From Camelus ferus (lineage: Eukaryota), in NCBI RefSeq assembly GCF_009834535.1, contig NC_045697.1:79920001-79984000 (forward strand): a stretch of DNA of 64,000 bases. The letters are read 5' to 3'. Below, piece after piece: positions 38,440 through 52,832 of this stretch. The notes under the pieces are model-generated. The model saw only the letters and a list, made by a program, of their open reading frames with translations. It was not told the DNA's origin and ran no database searches. Made by a program: the position numbers and the translations under genes. Each line of letters begins with the position of its first letter. Position 1 is the first letter of the stretch.

Positions 38440-39038
38440 TGATACAGGAAAAATGGGCACAAGAGGATGACAGTGTCCCAGGTCCCGGGCAAGTCCCTGG
38501 GATGCGCCCCACCAGGTAAGGGTCCTTGGCTTTGTGCAGGAAAGAACTCAAGTGTGAGCCATAATAGAGTGAAGGTAGATTCAGAGAGATATATACCCTA
38601 TAGACAGAGTGCAGGCTGTCTCTCAGAAGGCCAGAAAGACCGAAAAGTGTGGGAGGTATTTAGTTTAAGGTAAAAGTAGATACACACTCTGTCTGCAGAA
38701 GAGTGTGGGCTGTTTCAGAGGGCAAGAGAGAGTGACCACAAGGTGTGGGGTTGTTAGTTTTTATGGGCTTGGTAGCTTCATATACTAACAAGTGGGAGGA
38801 TTATTCCAGCTACTTTGGGGAAGGGGCAGGGATTCCCAGGAATTGGGCCACCGCCTACTTTTTGGCCTTCTATGGTTAGCCTCAGAACTTTCAAGGCACC
38901 TGTGGATGTGCCATTTACCATGTTAATATATTACAGTGAGCTCAAGGTCTCCTGGGAGCGGAGTCTTCTGCCATCTTGGTGCTAATTGCTGTGTCATTCT
39001 TTTAATGGTTGTGCCTTGCCCTCTTCCCTCCTGTTTCA
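38440..39038 (-). mobile_element. ERV1-type solo LTR (599 bp)
   Basis: Termini TGATACAGGA...TCCTGTTTCA form an imperfect inverted repeat; 4-bp TSD GAAT at 38436-38439 and 39039-39042; TATA-like CATAAAAA on the minus strand. Confidence 0.88.
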
Positions 39039-42000
39039 GAATGTTCCAAATCAATCCTGTTTCAAAACATTCAGAACATCTAGACATAAAAAGGGGTTGG
39101 AGTGGGCCAACTTAGAACATGACTTTCCTTTTCCTGTGAGTGTCCTCCAGTAAACAGAACATGCTTTGTATTTTCCTTCTCATTTTTGCCTAGGCAGTTT
39201 AAGGAGAGAATTCAATGATTATTTAGAACATTGACTTTTAAGTGAAGCTCAAGAAGTTCTTGAGCTTGGGGAAAATGCCTCAGGGGCCACTGAAAGGTTA
39301 GGAGTAGGAGACACAGGAGGGGAGGGGAAGAGAGCTCCACTGGGACACCCTCTCCTCATCTCTTTCAACCAGACTACACAGGCTTTATTTTTCCTATTTC
39401 ACATTCTCTGGCTCCACTGATAGAATTTTAAAACTCCTGGCCTGGAGTAAAAGATAAATGGCAGGTGTTTGTTCCGCCCCTCCCCCCCAAACCTATCTTA
39501 ATCATTTTGAATGTCTAATATGACCTCCTTTCTGAACAGTTGAGTCTTTAGGTGAAATAAACATGAAATCCCTTCTACCCTGCATTGTGGGGAGAGGTCA
39601 TTATAATCTATTAAGTTCATGTCCAGGCCCTTTGGGAGAAAACTTTTATTATGGAACCAATCAAAATAACTTTCTGACAGCTTATTCTCGTTAGTTAAAA
39701 ACAATCCCAAGACATCACTATTAATGGGACCATGCTTCCTGTTTATGAAAAGAAAGCACAACTACCTAATATGAAATGATTTCCTGTTCTCTATTCAACA
39801 TACACAGATTTTACACTCTTAACACATGGCTACAGCGTGATTTTTATGATTATGGTTTTATGATTTATTTTGTGACTTTCTGAGACACTAATTCTTTCAA
39901 CGAGTAGCGTGTGAATAATCTCAGGCAAAGCTTGGGTAACAGTATGAGACACTATCTCTGCATTAGGGCCTCTGAGGAATGTACTAAAATAAGGAAATCT
40001 GTGTTTATTTCCTTGAAAGCAGAATCGTTTACCTAGAGAAACTTTTACACTACAGAGTTCTGCTTATCAAATAGACAATATTTCTAGTGTGTGGTTTAGA
40101 GAAACACAACCTGATGGCATTCTCAGCTGTCTCAAGGCTCCTCCAGTCCAGACCTCTGTGGCATCTCAGTCTGGTTCCAGAAATACCCCTTTATGTATGT
40201 TGCATCAGCAGAGGCCATGTGGCACTGTGATTCTCAGAAAATTAAAACTGTCTCTGATTTCCACACAGAAATGCAGCTTTTGCAAGTAAATCACGTAAGG
40301 TTTTTGACTCCTAGCTTAGACACATATACGCCTGTTATTTGTTTCATTTTTTAAAAATTATTTAAATAACTAAAATTAATTTTTCCTAGTTAATTTTTCC
40401 TGACCAGACAAATATAAACTTAGTTGATTAATTCCAGACTGCTGGTCCTAATGATTATCAAGAAATACACATATGGAAAAACCTTTGCATGTTCCCTTTT
40501 AAGCTGTCATTCTGTAATTGAACATAACATCTTCACAGGGCTACACAGTTGATTGCTGTTTGATATTTAAGGTTGCATTGCTAAACACCCCCTAGAGTCA
40601 TGTGTACATGTTTGAATATACCAAGAGAAGATGCTTACCCTGAACCCACTAGTAGCCCTAATTTGCAAAAATTAATTACTAATCAAGACATTGTGACTAC
40701 TTTAAAAATCAGATAATTTTGAGATCATTCAATATGGCAATGAAACTCATGTTTGAAAATAAATATTGAAAGTTTTGAGATTTCCCATAATTATAACAAT
40801 TGGCACCTGTAAATAAATGATGAAAAATGAAGCTACTAAATTTTAATATAGATTTCCTTTTCATAGAGCTAGTTGAGATACTTGAAAAAAATCATTTCAA
40901 ATATTCATCCTTCTCCCATGAAGTGTAGATTAAAATGGAAGCCATGTGGTGGAGTTTAAATTAAATTCTCTGAAGAGAGTTCTGTGTCCCTCCAATACCA
41001 TCTTTATAATTCTCTACTCTCTTCCTTTTCCCTGAATATTACCAAAATTAAAGGCTAAAAACTTTTTAATTAGGTTCGATACTGTCAGCAAATGCTTTTT
41101 CTCTAACAGAAAAATAAAGTTCACTCTCTTTTAATATCAACTATCACAGTGTTGTGGGGAAATCAAATTAAGTATGCAAATCATGATGAACTTGCTCTTT
41201 CCTCCTTCACAGAGGGTTTAGTTTGTGCCAAATAAAGTTCTAAATCTAGACTACTGTCTTTTACCTTACAACACGACATGGTTTATTCTTCCATTTCACT
41301 AAGTAATGTGCTTATTTAAAATTCAATTCTAATTTAAAAAATTCAATTCTTATTGTGGTAGTGCATATATGATATGCATTTGAGGAAAATGATTTTCCCT
41401 CAGAAGTCTACAGTTACCTTTTTAAATATGGTTGTTGAAAACAAATGGAGTAGTTAGATTTGGGTAAATTGCCATTATCTCTAGAACGTAGTCATTAAAT
41501 ATACCATCCGATTGCCCTCATCTCTCCTCTCTGTGAATGGAAGCATCTAACTTTGAGATATGTTTTCAAGCTTTTGTGAATTAAGGGAGGTTTTCACATA
41601 AATAGAGCCTAGAATATATATTTTTTCTACTTATTTATCACCTTTCTATTAACTGAATAATTGTTTCTAGAGAGGAAACATGGCTTCCAAGTTTTCCAGC
41701 ATAATTATCCATCTACCCCGGCTCCTCCAACTTTGATGATCTGTGCTATTGTGGGTTTTTTTTTTTTTTAATTTCTAATTGAAAGGCTGATTTTTTTTAG
41801 CATTACTTAGCACATACAATTTTATATCTAAATGATCTAAATAAAATATAATTCAACTAATTTATGAAGTAGCCTTATTTTCCAAAGAATTTTAAATCAT
41901 ATATGTCCCAAATTTCCCAAATTAATTGGTAATAGACCATTCCATTAACAGTTATTATTGTTTTCCCTAATTAATGTAGAGATACTTAGCAAGTTGCATA

Positions 42001-42427
42001 GTTAATCATGTAATTTATTTCCCTGTCTTGGCTACCATATCTCTGATTCTCAGTCAGACGTGGTCTCTATTATTTCTACCTTTCCCACATTTTCCTTTCC
42101 ATAAGCAGGCATTCTGTAGGGTTGGTTCTAATTTTTATTTTCACATTCAAAACACGTTTGAACATGTGCTATGTGCAGTATTCTTTGTTAGGGAATGCAG
42201 ATGTTTTAAAAAAATATGTAGACTAGAAATTAAAAAAACAATCTGATGAAGCCAGTGCAGAGTATAACAAATGACTATAATTTGCTTTACTTGTCACAGG
42301 AATACTTAATCCTTTTGTTTTTCTTATCAATTTTAATCATTAATTTAAAAACGAAATGCACTACTTCTTGGAGTTGACTCCCAGGCTCCCAAAAGTTTAT
42401 GGGAGATTTTTCCTTCTGTTTTTCCAG

Positions 42428-42613
42428 GATGGCTTTACGCCCCTAGCTGTGGCACTCCAGCAAGGACACAACCAGGCAGTGGCCATCCTCTTGGAGAATG
42501 ACACCAAAGGAAAAGTGAGGCTGCCAGCTCTGCATATTGCAGCCAGGAAAGATGACACCAAATCTGCCGCACTCCTGCTTCAGAATGATCACAACGCTGA
42601 CGTACAATCCAAG
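42428..42613 (+). CDS. ANK2: Ankyrin-2 coding exon (exon 6): [62 protein letters not shown]
   Basis: 186 nt, ccag|GAT...AAG|gtaaaa. Confidence 0.97.
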
Positions 42614-43051
42614 GTAAAAGCTGAACACACTGGTGGAGAGGAACTCGTCGAGCCGCCAGATTCCTCCTGGGGGATGACAAAGAAGTAGGCCGTGGTGATA
42701 ATGCAAAATTACTTCTGCTCATCAAAAGAGATAAATTACTTTCAGAGGTATTTCAGAGAAAAAGGGGATGTCTATTGGGTATAGTAACAAACAAAAAACC
42801 TAAAGATTTTTTTTTTTAAAAGATGAGGTTCAGCTTTTTGGAAATCTGCTTATTTATTCTATTTATGGTAAAAAGTAATAGAAACAGAGTTAGAAAGATA
42901 CAATTGTATAGTGTTATGGATGTCTTTTCTCAGTGGAATGCATTTTGGCATGCTGGAATGGTATACCCAATTGCAGAGAGCGGACTGATTGTTTCCTTAA
43001 TTTTGCACTGTGTAATATCTTCCCTCTTTTTCCCACACAACACTGCTTCAG

Positions 43052-43075
43052 ATGATGGTGAATAGGACAACCGAG
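43052..43075 (+). CDS. ANK2: Ankyrin-2 24-nt microexon (exon 7): MMVNRTTE
   Basis: Pyrimidine tract, tgcttcag|ATGATGGTGAATAGGACAACCGAG|gtacag; the peptide is the ankyrin-B insert between SK and SGFTPL. Confidence 0.93.
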
Positions 43076-46000
43076 GTACAGTATTGTGGTTACGCCAAAA
43101 TATGCCTTGTTTTTATTTATTTTATTTTTTGTCCAATTAGAATAAATGCTCACTAATTCATACTAATGACTGGAACTTTCATTATTAGGAAGTTAACTTG
43201 GAAACTTTGCCCATAATTAAGGCAAATGGATAATTCAAAAAATTTAATGTAGCATATATTTGAAGCATTATTTAATCAATGATACTATTTAAATAGCTTA
43301 TTAGAGCATTGAAACAAGATTCTTCTGCAGTATATATTTTACTAAGAGAGCTTATTATGAACTTTTTGCCTGTGAGAGATGTGACCTCCTTTTCATAATG
43401 AGAATTCTCAATTTAGAGTTTAGTAAAGTATGATTTAAGGAGGTTTCTCTGCCACTGTTTTATCCTTTTATCTAATTTTAGTTGTCCTTTTTTTTTTCTG
43501 TATTTTTTTTTACCACATTGTATATAATCAGTAGTGATATTGAGCATATCACAAGCAAAGCATTTGCTTTTATCTTGCTATCTTACAATAGTTGTCATGA
43601 AATCATGTATTTTTCACATACCTAAATAAGTACTATCAATCAACAAAATCAACAGAACACTTCGTTCAGAAGCCTCTGAATGTATGTGTGTGTGTGTGCA
43701 CGTGAGCGCGTGCAGTGGTCTCTCCTTGATCGTAGGCTACTGAGAGGCACTGACATAAACATTGTTGACAGTATATTATAAAAATTAACCTGTATTCAAA
43801 GGCAAGTGACTACTTATGTAGGTTGATTTTTACTTTGCTGAGGGAATTCTTTAGACTAACATCTCATATGATGACTGGGTTGTGTATCTATGGGGGTTTT
43901 GAGCATTCATACTTAGCATTTACCAAGTGTAGTATATTTTTAAAACTCCTATCTTGTTTATTAATAAATTTACCCATTGAGATATGACTATAGTTGAATT
44001 ATTCATATTATGTCTTCTGTTCCATATCTGTGTATGGAACTTAGGTCAGAGATTATTTTTAAAAAGCCGCAACTGTTTGGTGAAATTGCTCAAGACTGGA
44101 ATCATACAAATTGACATCTTAATTGGTGATTTTGATACTTTTTATTTTTAGGTGATTTTTGGTAATTGTTTAAAGTACATTTTTGAAAGCAGTATTGGCT
44201 CTAATCATTCTGTTGAAAGCAGTAATTTGAACAGATACATACTGAGTTAGCAATATTTCTTTGAGGACAGTAGACTAACAAAGAGGGGAAACCCCTCCAT
44301 GGATAATCCTGTAAGAAGGTGACCCCTGCCTTCCACCTCCAGGTTAATCAGGGAAACATTCCTCTGAGGGGCTTTTACCAGTCTCGTGCTGATCCCAGAG
44401 CTGCAGCCTGCGGCATCATTATGGATTTTCAGTGAGGCTGTGTCAGATGATATATTAGTTTATTTCTACAAATGGGAAAAATAATATTATTATACTTGAA
44501 TAATTTGAAAATGATTCATCAGCAGTCACTGTGTTTTTCTGAAATTAAATTGTAACTTGAAGAATAGATGCATATTCAGGATATGACTGGGCAACAGGAA
44601 ATATCAAGATAAAAATGAAAAACATCTAGTCGATTATTTCCTAAAATATAAAAGTTTGACATTTTATAAAATGACAGCCAGGTTGTAGAGTGATTTTTTT
44701 TTCCCCTCTCTATTGACGTGAGTACTTGGCATCGTGTCGACACAAAATAAAAATATCATGAGTGCAAGGGTAGGTTTTGGATTGATAGTTACTATTCTTA
44801 CTTTGTGTCCGGCTTCTCTACAGTCAGAAGTTATTTGCAGCTAATTTGGCTGTTAGCACAGAGGAATTTCTATTACCTAAAGTATCTGAATGCTTATTTA
44901 GGCCATTTTGCAAACAAAGTTACCAAAGCTGATATATATCAAATGAATAGAAAAATAATGATGGTGATTTAGAGCATTTCTTAAAAACAATATTATACAC
45001 ATCAAAGTTCATTTCAAATAAAAGCAAATAATAAAAAATAACCTCAAACTGCAGGATCTGATATCCAGTTTTATGGGAACAGTCTTTATTTTTCCTATAA
45101 TCTTTTATTAAACAATGAACATTATGGAGAGCAAGAATAATACATCTTTCATACTTTAATAAGAAAAGAATGAATATGTTTCTCCTGTAAAAATGGCAAA
45201 AATTTCTAGCTAAATTTTCATTTGAAAAAGAAATGAAAGGAAATGTGCTTTTCTTCCATTTTAGATTTTCAGACTAATTTTTCAAACTTTCAGAGAGTAG
45301 TTTTCTAATGCCCATATAATTGATTTAACTTGCTTATTTCATATCAGTCTCATTTTACTTATAAAATTTAGCTTAGTTAACATTCAAAAATGGGTTCCAC
45401 TTCATTTTTTCTTTATTTTATGTTCATATGGATTACACGCATATTGTTTAATTTTTGTTTTTTTTAACTTTTTTTCATTAGAACAACGTAGTCTATCTAA
45501 ACTCTATATAGATAAAGAGAGTAGAAATATCAGGATAGTGTCAATGATGTGGGATGAATTGTACATCCTCTGTAAGAATTTCTCACAGTATTTTCATAGT
45601 TCCAAAGATACAATACCAACCAATGCTGTTTTTCATTAAAATAAAAAAACCCAAACCAAAAAACAAACAAAAAGAAAACAGTAGTTTTGAGTTTTTTTTC
45701 CTAGAGAAAACATTTTTATTTGTAATTATTTTAATTCTATGGCTGTAAAAATACGTTGTTTAATCATATTCTGTTTTGCTCTAAAGCTAAACCAACTCAA
45801 GAAGCATGATTTTCTATAAACAACAAATGTCATAAATAGATAAATTGTTAAGGTAATCAGAAATAATGTCACCAAGAAATGTAGGATATTTATTTTCCTG
45901 TTTATATATTGACTTATTTACCACTAAATTTAAATGATAGCACTAAAGCTTAAAGAGTCTTATTAAAGCATTTATGATCTGAATTGCATTGATCGCATAT

Positions 46001-46100
46001 TAGGCAGACAGTTACCATGTGATTTTCTTCACTAATCCAGTGACTGCAGCATATGGAGGTGAAATGCTTTACTGACTGTCATTTTCCTTGTTTTCCATAG

Positions 46101-46199
46101 AGTGGTTTTACCCCTTTGCACATCGCCGCCCACTATGGAAACGTCAACGTGGCAACTCTTCTTCTGAACCGGGGAGCTGCAGTGGACTTCACAGCAAGG
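46101..46199 (+). CDS. ANK2: Ankyrin-2 coding exon (exon 8): [33 protein letters not shown]
   Basis: 99 nt, atag|AGT...AGG|gtatga. Confidence 0.97.
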
Positions 46200-47413
46200 G
46201 TATGAATTAAAACAGTTTCTCATTTTAGGTAGCAGTCAGTGGGCGTTTTACTGAAGTAACAATTAGCAACAATAAAGATTTTATTTCTTTTTCCTTACCT
46301 GGATCTGTCTGCTTGAAGATATTAGATTTTCCATGTTTTGTTCTTCAAATCACAGGAAGTCATTGTGACCCAAGTGAAAGATAAGAATGTGTAAATTCTC
46401 ATGCCCACAGATCATTTGCAATAAAGAGGATGTTAATTCTGACATCAGTATGAACAGTTATGTTTAAAGATCACACCATGAATCATGAATGAACAGCTTC
46501 AAGCCAATAAATGATTAAACTGTTAAAATATTAAGTATAAAATGTATAAGTATATTTATACTATGTCTTAATAATGATATAGGGCACACTAATTGACAGG
46601 GATTATTTTTTAATGAATTGAGAATTTGCCTGTATGAAGAGTCTTCCCAAAATAATAAAAAGACATCATGTTGTATTATATATGTTTAATGGTATGCTTT
46701 TATTGAAAAGAATTCACTTTCATGACAATTATAAAACCCAGTATACTTAATATGAATCAGTAAACGTAATACTCGAATATTTGCAAAATTATAACATATC
46801 AAAAAATCAGATACATATCCTTGACATTATGATGATATATGTTAGCTAATAAAAGAAATATATATAATTCATGTATGTGGTATTTTTGTCCTTAGAAGTC
46901 TTCTGGACTGAAATGTTATTTTCAAGTTTTTCATACTGAATTATTGTGAAGAAGGTGTCTTTAAGAATCATCTTATCCATTGAATTTTGATGTGTTTATG
47001 TGTATTCTATTTTTAAGCATAGGAAACTTTAAGATTCCAGAATCTTTAAGTGCATGGATATTATGATAAGAAAGATAGACTTTGGACTAGGGCTCTATCC
47101 TAGGTAGGATCTGAAAATTTGTTTCTATTATGTGCAAGTTCTCCCTTTGTCTCTTGACTGTAATGTGTACATTCAGTACCTATGTTGTAATTATTGACTT
47201 AGTTATGCAGTTTCATTCCATTTTTCATTCTCTACAGTGTTTTGTGCTTTGTGTGCTTTTTTGTTCCTTAAAAATCAAAAGCATTAAACCATAGGAACCT
47301 CGGATAAAATTGCAAAATAAGTCACAATCTCCTTTGTGCTCTTTAACACAAAGTTATCACCATCATGCCTGGTCATACCCAACATGCTCTTGTTTGGTCT
47401 TTCCACGGTGTAG

Positions 47414-47512
47414 AATGGAATCACTCCTCTGCATGTGGCTTCCAAAAGGGGAAACACAAACATGGTGAAGCTCTTACTGGATCGTGGTGGTCAGATCGAT
47501 GCCAAAACTAGG
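47414..47512 (+). CDS. ANK2: Ankyrin-2 coding exon (exon 9): [33 protein letters not shown]
   Basis: 99 nt, gtag|AAT...AGG|gtgagt. Confidence 0.97.
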
Positions 47513-48119
47513 GTGAGTGTCTCTGTTCTTTCAATTTCCTACCATTATTATTTTTTGTATTCTTTTAACACACACTTTAAAATACCAGTCCCTCAACACT
47601 GGCAATGCATTTTCAAGGAAATTGCTTTCTTGGATTTGATTTAAACCTCATACAATATTTAAAGGTTTCACATCATAAGGTGGAATTAATATTTGCTCAC
47701 AAGTGCTGGGGAGGAACAGAATGCTAGTCCCTCAATGAGACAGTTTTACCAGTCCTTGCTTATTGATTTTCTGTGAACAAAGATCAAAGGCTGAACTTGC
47801 TCATCTCTGATTTGGTTAGTTGTCAATATCAGGAACCCAAACTCATTAGTGTACATTAAGCTGTGAGAGTGTGGATTTTATATAAAATATTTTAATACAT
47901 ATTGAAAATCTTTTGCTTCCAACTTTTCCATTCCTAAATCATTTTTCTTAAGTGGTTGTGCTATACGGACCTGAGTAGGAGATCTCCTGTTACGCTTATG
48001 GAAAAAAGATACAGTTATTTGGTTGTACTTTTTCTCGTGTCAGGGTAGTAAGAGGCAGTGTCCTTCATTCATTTCGAATTTGATTCTGAGTTTTTATGCA
48101 CTCCCAACAAATAGTAAGT

Positions 48120-48290
48120 TAGGCAGGACAATACCATTGTTGAAAGTGCAGACTCTGAAGGCAGACCATGTGATTTCAAATCCTACTTCTGCTGCTTCCT
48201 GGCTGAATGATATGGGCAGTGTACTTACCTTCTCTGAGCTTAGGCTAATAATACTACCTACCTCATAGGGTTGTGTGAGAATCAGCTCTT
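48120..48290 (+). mobile_element. MIR SINE
   Basis: cagactctgaaggcagac...ttcaaatcctacttctgc...cttctctgagct...ataatactacctacctcatagggttgtgtgagaat. Confidence 0.7.
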
Positions 48291-49695
48291 AGTGTTTTTG
48301 GTTTTATTTTAAGCAGGGTGTGTAAATTACTTAGCTACTCATAATTTTTTATTATCTTTCTGAAATTATGTGCAATTACTTGTTTAAACATTAAATTAAA
48401 CTAGTACTTCTGTATTAGTTCTCTGGAGTAGATTTGATTAATCATAGACTTGAGCAAAACTTTAAACATTCCTAGTATATAAAATGTTGAAATACATGGC
48501 AGAAGAAGTCTATGGAAGATGGTAAATAGAATATGTCCCTTGTGATATTTCATATTCAGTTTGTTTAATTCTGGGACTTTGTGTTCTCATAGTCCAAGGA
48601 ATAAAGATCCAATCTAATTCTTGAGGCAGACTTGAGGCTAACAAATATTTTGTTTAATAAGCCTTATCATCATTGAGTTTCTAGAAACTACACCAGTCCT
48701 AGACTATTCATTTTGGTTTTTAATGATCTTAGGAAACGTTGCTTTCTTAATCCCATTTCTCTAGGACATTTGGTTCTGTGTCATATTATCAAGTGGGAGT
48801 TCTGGTATGGTTTGCTTTGTCTGTCAAGATCTTTGTTGTGGTGTCCAGTGTCTTTGCATCAGAGTTTTATGTGGTTTATATCTTTGCTTTGTTGGCATGC
48901 CTTTTCCCTTGCTGTGCTATAGGTCTGCCGAATTTGGAAAAATTACTTATAATGCAGTGTGCTTTGCTTACTTTTCTTTATGTTTAAAGGAAAGAGTTTC
49001 TGTACCTCTTCCTTTAGGTACATTACTAACATAATGTGTCCCTTTACACTTACCTTTCTGTTTCTATTGAGACTCTCTAATAATTGAGAACACCAGTGGA
49101 AAGACAACATTTTGTAAATGCAAAAAATTTTATCTTGGCCATTGTCTAATGGATGCTCATTGCTCTTATTAATGCTTTCCTGGAGTATTCATTCATTATT
49201 GAGGCTACTGGTTTTGTTCTTACTGATCATTACAATATTTGCTTTGTTCTTTAAAAGATACTCTAATTTGCATGCCCTACACATATTTGCAAATTCAATT
49301 TAAAGGTTTAACTCCAAATAGGCATTGCTTTTTCATAAAAAGAGTACCAAGAAATGGAGAGAAATGGATCCTTATGCTAGTTCTGCCATTAACAAATTAT
49401 CCTTGAGCAAGTTAACAATGAAATGTAAGCCTTGTGTTTTTCTTCTTGAAGGGGTTATTTGGACAGTGTGGCCTTTAAATATAGCAAATAAATTGAATTT
49501 CATTCAAGAATTTATACAGTGAAAATAGGTTTCTAATTGTGTACATTGTGTGGACATTCTGTTCATTCAAAAACTCAAATAGTTTTTGAGTTCCTGTTTG
49601 GTGCTATGAACCCTAGAGATAACAGCAGTTAACCAGATAGACTAGATCCCTGCACTCAGAGATGCAAATCAACAGTACCCAAAGGATTAGGTTAA

Positions 49696-49918
49696 CAGTG
49701 TGCTGGTGGAAGTTTAATAATCAGCTCTTTAAAAAAATAAAATATAAGCTCTGATTTGTAACCTTTGCCTTTGCTGATTCCCATCATGTAAATACTTCCA
49801 TACTTTCATCATGGCCAATTAGAGCTACCAATGTGGTATCACTGAATGCAGAATTGGAAAGACATGTGCAAAAAAATGACTCTCACTAGTTTGTGCAAAC
49901 AGGTTTTAGCAAACCCCA
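49696..49918. mobile_element. MER63-like hAT DNA transposon remnant
   Basis: cagtgtgctgg...gatttgtaacc...tgtaaatacttcca...catggccaattagagctaccaatgtggtatcactgaatgcagaattggaaagacatgtgca matches the recalled MER63 consensus. Confidence 0.7.
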
Positions 49919-50282
49919 GAATCAGTCACAATATTGAAAGGTGGCACTGAACTTTCTCCCATAAATGAAAATACTTCCTCATTTCAAAGGAGTGAGACTT
50001 TATAAACAGTTAAGTTCTTTCAATTTTGGCTATAACTATCAGTCCTATCTCCTCCTTACCAAAAGTAAAATCAAGTAGGAGATAACTACTGAAATCCTGG
50101 ACTGTAGTCTAGAATTAGGAGGCCAATGCTGGAACCATATTTAATTGCTAAAAGGAAACACTATGATTTGCTTTTTCTTTTGTTCTTTGAAAATGTATTT
50201 TAAAATAAAAAAAATTGTCCTTGTTTTTGACTATCTCTTTATGTAATACAGTAGAGCTTCTGTATATGGAATTAAATCATTA

Positions 50283-50320
50283 ATTAATTAATTAATATTA
50301 ATTAATATTAATTAATTAAT
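50283..50320. repeat. 38-bp perfect AT-only palindrome
   Basis: Base-by-base self-complementary about 50301/50302. Confidence 0.9.
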
Positions 50321-52379
50321 ATTAATACTATTAATATCATTCTTTCATTTTTTAATCATAGAGGTCTCAATTTCCCCTAGTAACAAATTAGCCATAAACA
50401 TTCTGAATTTGGTATATTCTGTCAAGAATTTTCACTTGATCTTCTTTTCTCACTTATAAGGTTTTCATTATCTGGAGAAAAGTAAGACAGATAGAGGCTT
50501 TGGGGTAATTAAAAAAAAGCGTAGCCAGTTTCTTCCCTACTTTCACCAGCACTGTGTCCATCACTGAGACGTTCTGCATCTCATTGGCATTCTCATCATT
50601 GACTAGAGACTAGTGTGAAACCCTGAGACATTTTCACCAGAGCCCTGGTTTGCTGGTATCTGCAAAATCTCATTTTAGTGTTAAAAAATAAACTTTATAG
50701 CTAGTTAAAAATGATATTTTTAATTCAAGCTTTATTAAAGGCATTATTATTTTTTATTTTTAAACTTATTTATTATTTAATTGTGAAAATACTTCATATA
50801 AGGATTATGGTTAAAATATTGAAATCCATATTTCAATGCAAACAGTAAAAGTATACAAAAACATTAAAGGATGCTGAACAAAAAACAATGCATCAGAATA
50901 AGGGATCACCCTTGCTACTTGTTATTAGAAGTAGTAATTAAAGTAATAAGAATAGTGGCTACCAATTGTCATAAGCACGAAATGTTCTAGGCAGCCTGCT
51001 AAGTGCTCTATGAATATCATCTTAATTCACCTTCCTAACAGTTTATGATGTGTGGATTATTTTCTTGTTGAGAAAATATGGAAGTCTCCATCTGAGAAAT
51101 GAGACTCAGTGGGCAAAATGAGCTTCAGAGGAGTAATATAACTTGACCTAGGATGCACAGCTTAGTAATTAGCAGAGCCTAGATTAACACATTGACTTCA
51201 GGATACATTGCTGGAAGAATAATCTAAGCTGAGAGGGAAGAGAGGAAAAGATAAGGAGAGAAATGGTGGTGAGAAGCTACTACTGTGGGTTACCAGCTAT
51301 ATAAATGGTGTTCCTCTAATGTTGATTGACCTTCCCTTTTAAGAATTATTGACATCACACTGTAATCTGAACTGATTCTAGTGAAGAAAAAAAGAGAACA
51401 CAGGGAAGGGGACCCTGGAGGGGGGAAATGTAACCTTCAGACACACTCTTAAGAACTTAATTAAATAAATATTAAAAAAAGATAATGAACAGATCATAGC
51501 CCCTAAGAGTTTAAAAAAAATAACAAGATGCTGTGCTTTGGAGAAAATATCCAAAATCTACTCAGACTGAGCATGTTGGGCAACTTGAATTTGATATAAT
51601 TAGCACCTCCTTTATAAGGGCAGATAAATGGCATCACTAAAATGTAAGATTTAGAACCACCTATATAATCCTTATCATTCCTTGATGTTCTTGTGGGTTT
51701 ATTAAGTGTTCTCCACATTTTTCTACTGAACTGAGAGCATTTTGGAGGTTTCACCATGAGTACTCAATGAATAGTTCATGTAATCCATCAAAAACAATAC
51801 TCTGCCTTTTCTAAAAATGACTTCAGGCAGCATCCCTTCATCTTTCAAACAAGGCTGTAAGTTAAATAAGGTGAGAAAAATCATCCTCATTTTACATATT
51901 GTGAAGCTGAACATCAGAGGGATTCAGCCAGGGCAGGCTGACCTGAAACTCACACCCAGAGCCCTGTGATTCCGGATTGCACACCATGACTTCGTTCACT
52001 GTGTTGGATTTTTCCAACTCTAGATCTCACTGAATCCCCCACCAAATATATATTTGAAAAATCAGGCTCTATCTAATTGTTATTTAACTGGTATAGCAAC
52101 TAATGCTGTATAGTTCCACCGCAGGGTACTGATACCAAGATACAAAAGCATAATCATTGTAATCACTTTGCCCACACAGTTTCTCCTTTAAGCTCCTCTC
52201 TGACAAACTTTACAATGACTTAGCATCTCAACTACAGTAGTTACATCTTTTTTTTGGTAAAAAGACAGTTTTTTCATGCTAATTCTCAGGTATTCAAAAC
52301 TGTACGATCTGTTTTGGTTATTTAATATCTTAATATTGGCTAAATAGATTTAACAAAGCAAGGAATAATTAACATCAAG

Positions 52380-52832
52380 GTTCGAGCCAAAAACAGATGA
52401 CATGCTCAAATTTGATAATTTAAATAGAGATTTTTAAAGGGCCTACTTATAACATTGTGGATGGATTGAAGGGGAGGCACAAAGGATAATGCGGTAACCC
52501 TGGGCTGGTAACAGCCAGGCTCATTACCAACCCTAGACCTGCAAGATGAGAAGTGGAAAAGGTCATCAGCCCTTCAAAGGAGAGAATTGTATGGGAAGGC
52601 TGCTTTGAAGGGAGCTTAACCTTGGATAAAGAGTCCCAGCCAGATTTAGGAGATCCTCAAAGAAGTTGCTTCCACGGCTTGCTGTGTACCCCATTGGCCA
52701 ACCCCAACCCTAAGCAGAGGGCAAGGTAGCCCAGTGATACAATCTAGGGAGGTCAGACCATTGGATGCAAAACGGAGTAGAGAAGGGTAGAGCATGGATC
52801 TGAAAGGGCAGATAGAATATAGTTAGCTTACA
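52380..52832. mobile_element. Old ERVL-type LTR remnant
   Basis: Ends ...gagaagggtagagcatggatctgaaagggcagatagaatatagttagcttaca, resembling LTR33/LTR41-like ends; left boundary uncertain. Confidence 0.45.
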
